From assembly GCF_009914755.1 (NCBI RefSeq), contig NC_060925.1: a DNA stretch of 64,000 nucleotides; one strand, 5' to 3'. The DNA is from the human T2T-CHM13v2.0 reference genome, Homo sapiens. The position numbers were made by a program, and so were the translations under genes. Positions 1-12,456 of the stretch are shown piece by piece. Below the pieces are notes generated by a model. That model was given only the letters and a program-made list of their open reading frames with translations, was not told where the DNA came from and did not search any database. How positions within the stretch are numbered: position 1 is the stretch's first letter; each line of letters opens with the position of its first letter.

Positions 1-9
1 TGGGCCAAT

Positions 10-175
10 GCTTTCCCCTCTCTGAGTCTCGTTGTCCCTTGTGTCCCCTGTGGGAACCAAAAATAATACCTACCTCATGGGGTAGGTGTGTGGTAGGCAT
101 TACTGTTTGGAGAATCAAGTGAGGTTTTAAAAACATTTAGCTCAATGCCTGGCACACAGAAGGTGCTCAGCAGAG
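10..175 (+). mobile_element. MIR fragment
   Basis: ctctgagtctc...ataatacctacctcat...gcctggcacacagaaggtgctca resembles the MIR 3' core. Confidence 0.7.
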
Positions 176-765
176 GTCCATTCCCATATTATTTTTAGCA
201 GCCACAGCAGCTCCTGGTCCTCCCTGGCCCCTCTGGTGACCTCCTGCCTGTCTGAGTCACAGGCTGTCCCCATCCTGTGCTGGTCCCCATCCTGTCCTGC
301 CTGCCCTGCAGCCTCAGGGTGTCCTCGAATGAGCTCCTCCCCAATCCGCCCGCCCCCCTTGCCCCTGCAGATACAGTCCCCTTTCCGCGGATCTCACTGG
401 GGAATTGCTTGGGTGTGCCCGCGCCCCTATAGACTCTGACCCCATTCAGACTGCGCCCTCAGGGCAGCGTGCATTCACTGTGTGCTGTTGTGAGCAGGAA
501 TCCCCAGGACACAGGAGAAAGGGTAGCCCTGGGATTGTCATCTTTCTACTCAGCCAACCTGGCCCGATGCCAGGACAGCCCTGGGGCGGGAGGTTGGGCA
601 GGAATTCCTGGGTGGGGAGAGTCAACACTGAAGAGGGAATTGGAGAGAGCAGGGCCTGACCAGGAGGGAACTGCAGGGACAAGGCCCTCAGGGAGGGGCA
701 GGTAGCTCCTGGCCCAGCTCCCAGGGCAGTCCTCACAGCTGCACTGGATTTCCCACCCCTTTCTG

Positions 766-769
<4 letters not shown>

Positions 770-796
<27 letters not shown>

Positions 797-2315
797 TTAA
801 GGGGGGGTGTGTCTGCGGAGATGTGTATGTCTGTGTATGCCAAGGTGTCTGTATATACCCTGATGGGTGTGTGTAGCCAAGGTGTGTTTGTATGTGTGCT
901 TGTGCTGAAGGTGTGTGTGTGCTGAGGCATGTGTGTACACTGAGGAGTGTATGTGTATATATGCTGAGGTGTATGTGTGTGTATGCTGAGGGGTATATGT
1001 GTGTCCGTGTACACCAAGGTATCTGTGTCTGTGCAAGGAGGTGTGCATATATACATCGAGGTGTGTGTGTCAGTGTGTATATACACAGGCGCGTGTGTGT
1101 ACACCGAGGTGTGTGTGTTTGCTGGGATGTGTGTCTGCTGGGGTGTCTGCTGGGGTGTGTGTATGTGCACTGAGGTATGTGTGTGTGTATGCTCATGTGT
1201 GTATATGCACTGAGATATGTGTGTGTATGTGCACTGAGGTGTGTGTGTGTATGCTGAGCTGAGTGCATCTGCTGTGTTGTGCGTGTGTGTGCCGAGGTGT
1301 GTGTATACACTGAGGTGCATGTGTGCGCTGAGGTGTGTGTGTGCTGACGTGTGTGAGTGCTGACGTGTGTGTATACACTGAGGTGCGTATGTGTGCTGAG
1401 GTGCGTATGTGTGCTGAGGTGTGTGTGTGCTGACGTGTGTGTATACACTGAGGTGTGTGTGTGTGTGCTGAGGTGTGTGTGTGTGCTGAGCTGTGTGTGT
1501 GCTGATGTGTGTGTATACACTGAGGTGTGTGTGAGTGCTGACGTGTGTGTATACACTGAGGAGCGTGTGTGTGCTGAGGTATGTGTGCGCTGATGTGTGT
1601 GTATACACTGAGGTGCGTGTGTGTGCTGAGGTGTGTGTGTGCTGACATGTGTGTATACACTGAGGTGCGTGTATGTGCTGAGGTGTGTGAGTGCTGACGT
1701 GTGTGTATACACTGAGGTGTGTGTGCGCTGACGTGTGTGTATACACTGAGGTGTGTGTGCTGACGTGTGTATACACTGTGTGTGTGCTGAGGTGTGTGTG
1801 TGTGCTGAGCTGTGTGTGTGCTGATGTGTGTGTATACACTGAGGTGTGTGTGAGTGCTGACATGTGTGTATACACTGAGGAGCGTGTGTGTGCTGAGGTA
1901 TGTGTGCGCTGATGTGTGTGTATACACTGAGGTGCGTGTGTGTGCTGAGGTGTGTGTGTGCTGACATGTGTGTATACACTGAGGTGCGTGTATGTGCTGA
2001 GGTGTGTGAGTGCTGACGTGTGTGTATACACTGAGGTGTGTGTGCGCTGACGTGTGTGTATACACTGAGGTGTGTGTGCTGACGTGTGTATACACTGTGT
2101 GTGTGCTGAGGTGTGTGTGTGCTGACGTGTGTGTATACACTGAGGTGCGTGTGTGCTGAAGTGTGTGTATACACTGAGGTGTGCGTGAGTGCTGACGTGT
2201 GTGTATACACTGAGGTGTGTGTGAGTGCTGACGTGTGTGTGTGCACTGACGTGTGTGTGTGCTGACGTGTGTGTATACACTGAGGTGTGTGTGCGTGCCT
2301 GGACATGTGTGTGTG
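770..2315. repeat. (TG)n microsatellite grading into a complex TG-rich minisatellite with a ~319 bp higher-order duplication
   Basis: (TG)13 at 771-796; recurrent units GTGTATACACTGAG, GCTGAGGT and GCTGACGT; marker GAGCGTG at both 1561 and 1880. Confidence 0.95.
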
Positions 2316-3785
2316 CCCACCAAGGTCAGCCACACACTGGTCCCCTCGCTGAGGGCAGGTGGGAGTGGGCGTGGGAGTGAGTGGGGTTAGGGGAAGGAAT
2401 GGGGCTGAGGGTCGGGGCGTGGGACTTGGATGCTGAGCAACAGGATGTCGGGGGATGGAGCTGGGGGAAAGGTGAGGGGCAGGAGTTTCGGAGGCTGGGG
2501 TGGGGATGAACACCGGGAGAAGTTCGGGAGTGCGGCTGAGCTCCATGCTAGACTGGAGCCGGGGCTTGCGGAGACCGGAGCGGGGTTGGGATTGGGGTCA
2601 ATTCGGGCGACACTAAAGTTGGTTTGGATTAGGGTCAGGTTGAGATGGAGCTGAGGTTGGGCAGGGGTAAATTAGAGTTAGGTGTGGAGCCGAGGGCGCA
2701 GTCCAGATTGAACTGATGTGGTGCTTGTAACTGACGTGGAGGCTGGTTTGGGCTAGGTTAGGGCTCATTGGCAGGACTGGGATTGGAGTTGAGTTTGCAG
2801 CAGAGATTGGAGGTGTGACTGGGTTAGGTTTATGATGGGGGTGGGTCTGGCTTAAGTGTGACGCTACAGCTGGGTTGGGATTTGACTTTCAGTTAAGGAT
2901 GGGGCTTAGGTGGGGCCACCAGGCTGAGGACCTGTTTTTTCTGACTCATTTTGGTCTTTCCCCTCCCAAGCTGTGGCAGGAATGGGGGTAAAGGGCAGGG
3001 GCTTTCATCCCTGAGCCTCTTTCTCCCACAGCCCCCCTGGCCAAGGCTTGCCTGCTATAAGGCAGGGATGGAATGGAGTGGGTTCAGGAGTGACATCACT
3101 CCACACTGTGGGAAAGAGGAAGTGACTCCTAGGCCATGGCCCTTAGGGTCCTCCCCTACCCAACTCCACCTCTGACCTCTACCCTGGGAAATGGGAACCA
3201 ACTCCCCTTCCCTTGTTCCCCAAGCCCCTCTGCCTAGTCTGGCCCCAGCCGTGAGTTCAGGCCCCCTCCCCTCTGAACCTCCAGGGTGCTCAGGACCTCT
3301 GCAGCCTGCTCTGAAGCTGCTGGAAGTTGGATCTTGGGCTCTTCCCAGAACTCCAAGCTTCCTGCCTCCCACCCCAGCCTACACCCTGAGTCCTCAGGCC
3401 CTGGTCCCCAGCACCCCCACATCCCTCATTCTTCCATATGGGCAGAAGGAGGGTCTGAGGCTGTTTGGGTTTCCCACACTCCAAGACTGCCTTTTCTGGC
3501 AAACTCTTGCTCCTAATAGCCTTCCAGGCCATGCCACCTGTCCTGCCTGCCTCCCCCTCTGAAAACCCATCAGTGGCTGCCCAAACCCTTTGGAAGAAAG
3601 CCAGCCTCCCTTGCCTGGCATTCAGGGTTTTTGTGATCAGGCCCCTGCTGAGCTCTCCATTCAACCAGGATCCCAAAGGACTCCCTGGAGTGGACCCAGA
3701 AGGAGGGACTTAAACCTGGGGTGCTGTGGCTTCAAGGGCTCAGGCTTCGGAGCCAGGCAACCCTGTATTAGAATCCAGTGTCACC

Positions 3786-4134
<349 letters not shown>

Positions 4135-7109
4135 TCAGTTTTTCTGGAAGACTCTCCTAACTGACCCCAGCCCTGGCAAGCCCGAGTTAAGACCATTTCT
4201 ACTCCTCTGAGCTCCACCAGCCTCCTACACCTTTGCCATCACAAAACTTAGCAAATTGTCTGTCTAGCCTACTGCCCTGGGAGCTGCTTGAAAGCAGAGA
4301 CTGTGTCCTACTCAACTGAGGCCCTGTACTCATACAAGGCCTGGCACTTAGTAGGTACCACTGAGTCTTTAAAGAATGAGGCAGGTTGTAATGTTTGCAA
4401 TGATCATCACATTAATGACAGCAGCTAATATTTGTCAAGACTCACCCTGTGCCAGGCTCTGGCCAAGTGCTTTACAAGTGTGGAAGCCAGTCTTGCTCCC
4501 TAAAGCCCCGCCACCCCTCACCCACTTCCAGAAGCTGCAGAGGTTCTGCCCTGCTGTTGGGGCAGCCCTCCAGTCTCTGTGAAGATGCTGATGTTTGATT
4601 CTTGTGTCTAGGTGATCTTATCATGGCTCCTGTGTGCACATTAAAATTGGGACCATTAAGCCTCAGTCCCCCCATTCCCACAGGCCCAGAGGCCTAATCG
4701 GACCTCAGCAGGAAGGCCTGGAACAGAGCCCAGGTGGGAACCTGAAGACTCCAATACAGATCTGTGTAACCTTGAAAGGGGTGTGGTCCACAATACACAG
4801 CCTCTCCAACCTGCTTGTAAATGTGTCTTGGAGGGTGTAACAATCTCTGGTTCCTATAAGAATCCAGAACTGCCTGAGGCAGACATTACAATATATGTGA
4901 ACCTCCTGACAGCACTGGAAACACCTAAGAAATAACTACATAACCCTATTTTATACATGGGTAAACTGAAGCTCAGAGAGGTTAAGAAAGTATAATTTTC
5001 CCAAAGGTGCATACAGGGATGCTGTGTACAGTTGTATTGGTTGTGCACTGCACAAGGGTACCCGACCAACAGAGAGCATAAGTGTGGACACAAGCATGCG
5101 ACTACCTCAGCCTAGAGGAAAGCACAATACTTCAGACTCATTGCCAGGTGGACTGGGTGGCAACTGTGGTCACGTAGCTAGAAATCCCAGAACAGAATCC
5201 ATTTCTTTCAACTGCCAAAGAAAAGCCTAAAGTTCTATTGAGTCCATCCCATTCCTCTGCACTGTCTTCCTGGTCCCAAACACCCATTTTTGCCCCCTTC
5301 TAGGGAAAAGGAAAAAGAAAGGAGTCGCCACTGAGTCAGACCCTGTGAGGTAGGTCAATGATGTCCATCTTAGAGGATGAAACTGAGGCTCTCAGAAAGA
5401 GTGCTCAATGTCACACAGAAAGTGGATGGCTGAGTTGGAATTGGAAGCCTTTTGGCTGAAGCCCAAGTCCAGGCTAGGGTGGAGGGATCTCTCCCCCACC
5501 CCCAGGCCCTGGGTGGCCCGGCTCTTTCCCTTGATGCTCCAGGGGGCAGCTGGGGAGTGGGCAGGGGGCGTGCCTGGCTGTTTGCTCAGCGATGTCATCT
5601 CAGGGCCCTGTGGCCTCACCAGGAAGAGGCGGTGAAGAAACTCCGTTCACCATCTGCTCCCCCTCAGTGGGACAGCAGCTGCAGCCTTCTCCCGCATCCC
5701 CCAGCCTGCTTTGGGCATTGGCCACCAAGACAACCTCCCACACCCAAAGGCTGACAGGGAAGGAGAGCACAGCTGGAGCTCCCTCCACCTGCCCCCATAG
5801 AAGACGCTCGCAGAGCCCACAGGCTACAGGGAGGGTAGGGCATGGGTACAGACTCCCTGGGATGAGGGAGGAACAAGCCGAGGCTACCAGTCCTCCTGGC
5901 ACCAGATCAGAGAATGCTTTACCTGACAAGGTGGCATTTGCAACAGGTCTTGATCAATGGGAAGATTTGGACCCATCGAGGGGAGAGCCGCGAGGCAAAG
6001 GCCTGGCAGCAGGAAGCATAAATGGCAAAGCGGGGGCGGCTGAGGTGAAAGCAGAGGGTGTCTCAAGGACTCATGGGCCAGCAGCCCAGAGAAGGCGGCT
6101 TCACACACTGGGCTGAGGAGTTTTGCCCTTCACCTGGTGACAGCAGGGAGCTACAAGAGTTTTCAGAGTAGGGGAGGCCTTGGTAAGAGTCATGATTCAG
6201 AAGGAGTGCCCTGGCACTTGGCGTTAAAAGTGGACTGTCTAGCGATGGCTGCTGCATGGGTCCAGGAGAGGTCTGTGTTCCACCCCTGGCAGTGCCCCAG
6301 AAGGGCAGGGGGTGGATTGGAAGCATAGAATGGCAGGAAAAGCAACTGGTCTTGGCAACTTGGCAACAGATGGAGAGGAGAGGGAGGGAGACAGAGAAGG
6401 GAAGACCGCCCCTGGGAACCTAATATGTGCCAGGGCAGCTTTTGCCATCTGACTCCTCACTGATGGTCTCAATAACACGTTGAGGTGAAGTATTGCATCC
6501 CCATTTTACAGATGAGCAAACTGAGGCTCAGAGAGGGCAATGTCTTACCCAAACAGAATTCTAGCTTCTTCTGACTCCAAACTCTGAATTCTTTCCATTG
6601 CCTCAAGTATTTTGCTAGCCTATGGGACCTGCAGGGAACATGCAGGCTAAGCTGCTGTTCTTGGAGCAACTTCTGGTGTAAAAGCTTTAGGGCAGCAGGC
6701 GGGGGGATGCCTGGGGGCAGGAGCCGGTATAGATCAGGGATCTAGCTCAAAGGGATAACGGAGGGAGGAGTCCTCAAAGCCACAAGGACAAGCCAGGGAT
6801 GTGATAAGAAAATGTGTATCAGACCCACAGGTCTAACCCTGACAGTGCCTGTGAACCCAGCTACAATCCAGGCAAGCGTCTCCCTCCTCCTGCAAATTCC
6901 CCTATCCTAGTGGGAGGAGGGAGTGGCTATCAAGTCATCAAATTTGAGGAGCAATCTTCCTGTCTCCTGTCTCCTTTATGGGCACACACAGATACACAAA
7001 GTCCCAGTCACTATCACACAGGCTACAACGTATCACATGCTCAGCCACAGACTCACACGCTCACACAAGCACACGAGCACACGCACACAAGGCCTTGCTC
7101 ACATATGGT

Positions 7110-7137
7110 CACACACACACACACACACACACACACA
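7110..7137. repeat. (CA)n microsatellite within a CA-rich tract (~6985-7145)
   Basis: Read directly. Confidence 0.9.
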
Positions 7138-9432
7138 GTCACACGGAAACAGAGGGCTGTTCCAGGAAGGCCTGTCACTCAGGCATGGGAAGGTTGGGAA
7201 GTGTCCTTGGACATATTTATTGCCATTGTCTGGGACAGGAAGTTGCCTCTCTGACCTTTGGGGGATGCGGGGTGAGAGTGGTGCCATCCGTCTACCATGA
7301 GGCCAGCTCAGGCCTGCCTCTGGGGTAGGGTGACCAGAGGGTGGTCAGGGCAGCTGGGAAGTGCTATGGAAGAGACAGCACGCCCTCCAGAAGAGCAGGC
7401 ACGCCTGGGGCAGATGTGGGTTCCTGTCCTCTTGCCAGCCTCGCTCGCTGGCTTTGACCTTGGGCAAATCACTTCACCTCTCTGAGTTGGCAATGTCCAG
7501 CCATAAAAGATAATGACACCAACCTCACAAGGCATCTGGGCATGCTCACTCAGATAATCGCTGTCCAGTGCCAGGCAGGGACCTGGCAAATGTGGCAATA
7601 ACCATCGTTGTTTGTGACAGCCGCAGGAGTTGGTGTACAAGTGGAGACAAGGCCTGCTCCGGCTCAGAGGCAGGGCTGGTGGGGGTGGCAAGGGTAGCTG
7701 CCCAGTGGGCAAGGCGCATGGCTGGCTGGACCACAGCCCTCTGTATGCTTGCAGAAACCATGCCAGCCCCCAGCATTAGCTGGCCCCAGAAGAGGAAGGA
7801 GCAGAGCCTGAGGAGCCTCAGAGTGTGGGGCTGACACTGGGCACCTTCTCCCACCTGAGTCCTGGAGCAGGGGAGCCATAGGCACCAGGAGGCTGGGACG
7901 GGGCAGCAGACTTCAGAGGCAGCTCTAGAGTGGGCCCCAGCAGTATGTGGCCGAGAACTAGACAGGCTCCTTGGCTTCCTCCAGCAAGCTCTGACACAGG
8001 AGAGGAGGAGCACAGATTCTAAAGGCTGGCTAGTGGAATCCCTACCTTTCTTTAGGAGCACCAAAATCTGGGGGCTGCAGAGAAAGGGAGCACAGCCCTA
8101 AGTAAGGGTAAAGGAAACCCTCCAAAAGAGGAAAGGTGCACAGCCGGCAGCCCCGCCCCCTAGTGGCCACAGGCACTCACTACAGCCTAATTGCAAAGTA
8201 GCTTTGGCTTTGTTCTAAGGCCCTCATTCTCCGCCTGGTCGCTCCGGGAACAGGGCCTGAAACAGCACAATGTGGTGGTGAATGGCGCAGACATTGGAGC
8301 TGAATGGCCTAGGTTCAAAACCCCAGCTTTACTGTTGCTATTATTACCTGTGCCACTTACAAGCTGGATGACCTTGGGCAAGGGACTTCATTTCTGTGGC
8401 TCTGCAAGATGAAGTTGATAATAAGAGTATCTACTACACACAGTTACTTCAAAGAGTAAGTATGATAATCCACATCAGGTGCTTAGGATAAGTAATATTA
8501 AGTAACAGGAACTTTTAATAAAGAGTAGCTGTCCAATTCTGTACTTCTGAGGTCAGCATCGCTTAGGGGTACTGCAGGAGAGCTGGGGGTTGAAGCCCTG
8601 ACCTAGGGTTGAATTCTGGTTCTGACGCAGTCAGCTACCAAGTCTCTGCTCTGTACATGTTGACTAGTCACATATATTAAGGGAAGAGTCCAAGGAGGTA
8701 AGCTCAAAAATCACTCTTGAAAATCCTTTGGGAAGGCAGCACTTTTGTGGATAAACATGTCTCAATAAGCCCAACCCGGCCAGTTTTTCTAGTTCTTGGT
8801 TGAAGTCTGTCTTTGAGCATTGGAGGAAGCTGCTGGCTTGAACCCAAGACAATGCTGCACGAAACACATGTCTCTTTATCCACCGGAATTGACTCAGTAA
8901 TGAGATGCTCACGCAGAAGGTACATGGAAGCAAATACCAGTTATAGACTCAGATTTGAATCTTCCATCTCACACTCAGGGGCACATGTCCATCACAGGTG
9001 GATACTCCACCATTACATTATTTAAAATTTCCATTCCTTCTCTCTTTGGCCAAGTATATACAACTGAATTTACATGCTTTGATTGAACGCATTCATGATA
9101 CAACTCCATTGTGTCTCACCTCTCCAAAGCTGTTTCTTCTTCTGTAAAATGAGGGCAGTAACAGTACTACATCATCAGACTATTGTGCAATCAAATAAGA
9201 CAGTATGTGTAGGAATTTTAAATCGCTGCCAAATGACTTTCATTCCCTTCCCCCAAATTTTCCCTAACTAACTGTGTGAAACGTGAGCAGACCCTTCCCT
9301 CTCTGGGTCTCAATGTTCTCCAACAACAAAATGTGGGGGTTGTGTTAGTTGATTTCTAAGGCCCCTTCCAGCTTGAAGCTTTTAGGATAGTGCTGTAATT
9401 CTAGGGCATTTAATGCAGTCAAACCTTCAATG

Positions 9433-9465
9433 CATTTGATCTTAGCCAAAAGGCCAAGAAGCTAT
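9433..9465 (-). pseudogene. 3'-truncated U2 snRNA retropseudogene (first ~33 nt) with target-site duplication
   Basis: Minus strand ATAGCTTCTTGGCCTTTTGGCTAAGATCAAATG vs U2 5' end ATCGCTTCTCGGCCTTTTGGCTAAGATCAAGTG (3 mismatches); flanked by caaaccttcaatg (9420-9432) and caagccttcagtg (9466-9478). Confidence 0.92.
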
Positions 9466-11213
9466 CAAGCCTTCAGTGAATGTTAACTGATGCTTACATG
9501 GTTTTTCCAGGACTCCTTTACCCAACTGATAAGGGTCACATCTATAAACAGCAGCCCTTTGCACACTGTAGTATCTTAAAACCTTGAGAATTACACATGC
9601 ATCTTAATCGCCTTTTCATTTGATCAGCAGAAGTATACTTCAGCTGCATCTGAATCAGCACAAGGTGACTACATTTAGTGGTGCCCTTACTACAGTCCTT
9701 CAGAGGCACCGCGAATGACAAATGCTTACCTGTGATGGGAGTGAAGCACAGCTTTCCCTCCAAGGAACACACACGGACACATGGACACACACACGGAGGA
9801 TAGTCACTATCCTTGGCTTTGGGAAAATTCCTCTTTTTAGATAGCAGTGAGGTAAAAGGAAATGAACTCTGGAGTTAGGTCTGGACTGAATTATTCCAGC
9901 TCCTCTATTAGCTGTGAGAATTTGGGCAGGTTAACTTTTCTGGGCCTTGTTTCCCTATCTGTAAAACTGCCAAAGATGTTTCTGGTGGCATTGTGTGGGT
10001 TACGTTAGCAGCAGCCTGAGGCTTTGGGTAGATCATGGGATTGATGAAAAGGTCCCCCTTCTAGAGTGGGAGGGACTCCAGGTTAATCTCACTTCCAGCC
10101 ACATGGCTGGTCTGCCCGTTGCTTAGCCTCTCCGGGCCTGTTTCCACATCAGTGAAGTGGGGACAGCATTTCTCACAGAATTGCTACGCTCAGCTCTTGA
10201 CCAGCAGCCCTGCACTTCTCTTGCCTCAACCCACAACCCCCATGCTAAGGTAGCTCCCATGCCTTGCCCAAGGTAATGGTATAAATGGCAATACCTCCTC
10301 CCATCTGTCTGGGACCCTTTGAAGACTCAACTTGGTAGCCCATACCTGGAGCCTCTCCTAAACCACGGCCCCAATCCTCAGTATGACCTAACTCCGCATC
10401 ACCAGAATCTTGCCTTACCAGAGCATACCTTCAGAATAGCCTCCCTGGGCTGGCATTTGCTACCTGTCCTGGGCAAGTCTGCACCCTCTAAAGGCAGGAA
10501 CTGCGGCTTCCTCATCTCTGGATTTCTCATGAGAGGGCTTAACACAGAATATGTGCTCAGCAAATGTAAAGCCCCACTTTCACCTTTTGGAAATAGCTCT
10601 GGGAAGGCAGTGCTGGGGACAAGATGGGGCAAGGGCAGGGGGTAGGGAGAGGGGAATTCCCTCAGTAAGTATGAGAGGATTGTGCAAAAAACATGATGCC
10701 TGGAATCAAATGACCTGGATTCAAACCTCTGCTCTATCACCTGCCAACTGAAGAATCTAGACAAGTTTCTATACCTCTATCTGAGCTGTTCCCATGTCGG
10801 TAAAAGGAGGACCACAATATCTACTTAGCACAGCACCTGGCACATACTGAGTACCAGTATGCTTTATGTCCCATGTGCTGTCCTAAATGTTTAAATGTAC
10901 TGATTTATGTAAATCCCACTACAACTCTAGGAGGCAGATACTATCCTCATTGTACTGGCGCTGCAAATAAGGAAAATGAGGCCCAGGGAAATCCAGTGAC
11001 TTCCCCAAGTTCATGGAGCTAATAAGATGCTCACTAAATGGCAGCAATTACTGTCCTCAGGTAGTAATGCAAAGGACACAATCTCAGTGACCCCAAGGAC
11101 TCTGGGGTCCTGGCTGTGGGGTTTCTGCACCTGGACTAGCTCCATTCTCACTTCTTCAATTACAGCAAACAACGGAGACCAATCAGTGTTGTAAATAGAG
11201 TTAACATAATATA

Positions 11214-11219
11214 TTTATT
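11214..11219 (-). terminator. Polyadenylation signal AATAAA of FOXJ3
   Basis: TTTATT on +; a GU-rich element (ttggtctccgttgtttgc on minus) lies ~30-50 nt downstream. Confidence 0.85.
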
Positions 11220-12404
11220 TTAAGTGCCATTCATGCATATCAGTTCTGGCAGCAACAATCCTAATGACACTTGGAATATTTCTTTACAGCACTAAACAGT
11301 TACAAATAATGGTTGCCGTTCATCATAGAGGCAAAATATGAAATCGTGCAATAGCAAAACTGTAGAAACATTAAAACACTGACTGTCCAACAGCAGTACA
11401 GAGAGCAGGTTGTATCTGCACAAAAAGCCAATGCATTTTCATCACATATATACAATATAGATATGTACACATCACCCTCTGAATGAACAATATCAAAATA
11501 CTCTATTCCATTTGAAATTATCCCCGGATTGATTCCCTCCCACTTCAAAGGACATCTGAGCGACACGTATTTACAAGAACACACATGAATACATTTACAT
11601 TTCAAAAACTGCCACAAATGCCAGTCGGATTATTCTCCTGAACAGAGTGTCCCCATTTGTTTACATGCATTTACTATTCTTTCCCCCTAAAGTCTTCAGT
11701 CAATTTAAGCCCAAGACAGAACTTGTTCTGCATTAGCAACTACCATACAAAATGGCCACTAGAGGGACTCTCTGCACCTCACCAGGTAACCCTGTCTGGC
11801 CAGGGCCCACAGAAAAGGCCTGTCCTGGGCTCCTGGACCACCTGGATCACAGGAGAGTGGGATGGGTCTGGGTGAAGGCTTTGCCTCCATGGCCATTCTT
11901 GCTAAGTTTAAATTCTCATAAAAATATTCATCACTGCAAATCAGTAAATGATTGCCAAATGGGAAATTCGCTTCACACAATTTATAAAATCATCATCAGT
12001 GGTTCTACTCAAATCACTCAGTATGAGACTGCATTCCAATATCCAAATTGTTTAAAGTGCACATTGCTACCCAAGCAATTAAAACAGTTTCAAAACAGCT
12101 ATTTTGGTGTCTAGAAAACAGTGACTTAAGCAAACCATTGAAAATCACCCCTCTTTTTTCAAGCATTTACTCTGCAGGCTGCCATCTCATCTTGCCTCTG
12201 ATCCTTCTAAGAGGCGCAAGTTGGCTGCCTTTCCAGAATCCTCTGATTTTCGTTGATCCAAGGGGCTGGAACTGAGCTTCCTTTTTCATGCCAAGTAGGG
12301 TCCAAACAACAGAGAAACATAAAGCTCTTCCTTTCTCCCCAACCTCACCAGCCCTTACCATGGCTGGCTTCCCAGTGATTCATTCAAGGCAACACTCCAT
12401 TAAA

Positions 12405-12456
12405 ACACACACACACACACGCGCGCGCACACTCTCACACACAGCACACACACACA
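12405..12456. repeat. (CA)n(CG)n compound microsatellite in the FOXJ3 3'UTR
   Basis: acacacacacacacacgcgcgcgcacac. Confidence 0.9.

Larger units (their letters stand above)
4190..11030. mobile_element. Interval with scattered MIR and L2 fragments (~4190-4380, 4900-5010, 5340-5470, 6450-6610, 7440-7600, 8260-8530, 9270-9380, 9840-9980, 10680-11030)
   Basis: MIR core motifs such as cccattttacagatgagcaaactgaggctcagagag (6500-6535) and tgaccttgggcaa; boundaries approximate. Confidence 0.65.

Noticed and set aside
236-439. VPILC peptide reminiscent of proguanylin
   Set aside because: Arises from a short local repeat (gtccccatcctgt x2); only five residues and no exon context
1300-2290. Regularly spaced palindromes resembling a CRISPR array
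   Set aside because: Spacers are not unique (TG runs), there are no cas genes, and the context is eukaryotic
546-2546. 666, 515 and 380 aa His/Thr-rich ORFs (and Val/Cys-rich opposite-strand ORFs)
   Set aside because: Translations of the CA-rich minisatellite, which lacks stops in all three minus frames; no domain or splice structure
7546-8064. 172 aa ORF and other 60-175 aa ORFs in the GC-rich 3-8 kb region
   Set aside because: No recognisable homology; overlapping ORFs on both strands are expected at this GC content
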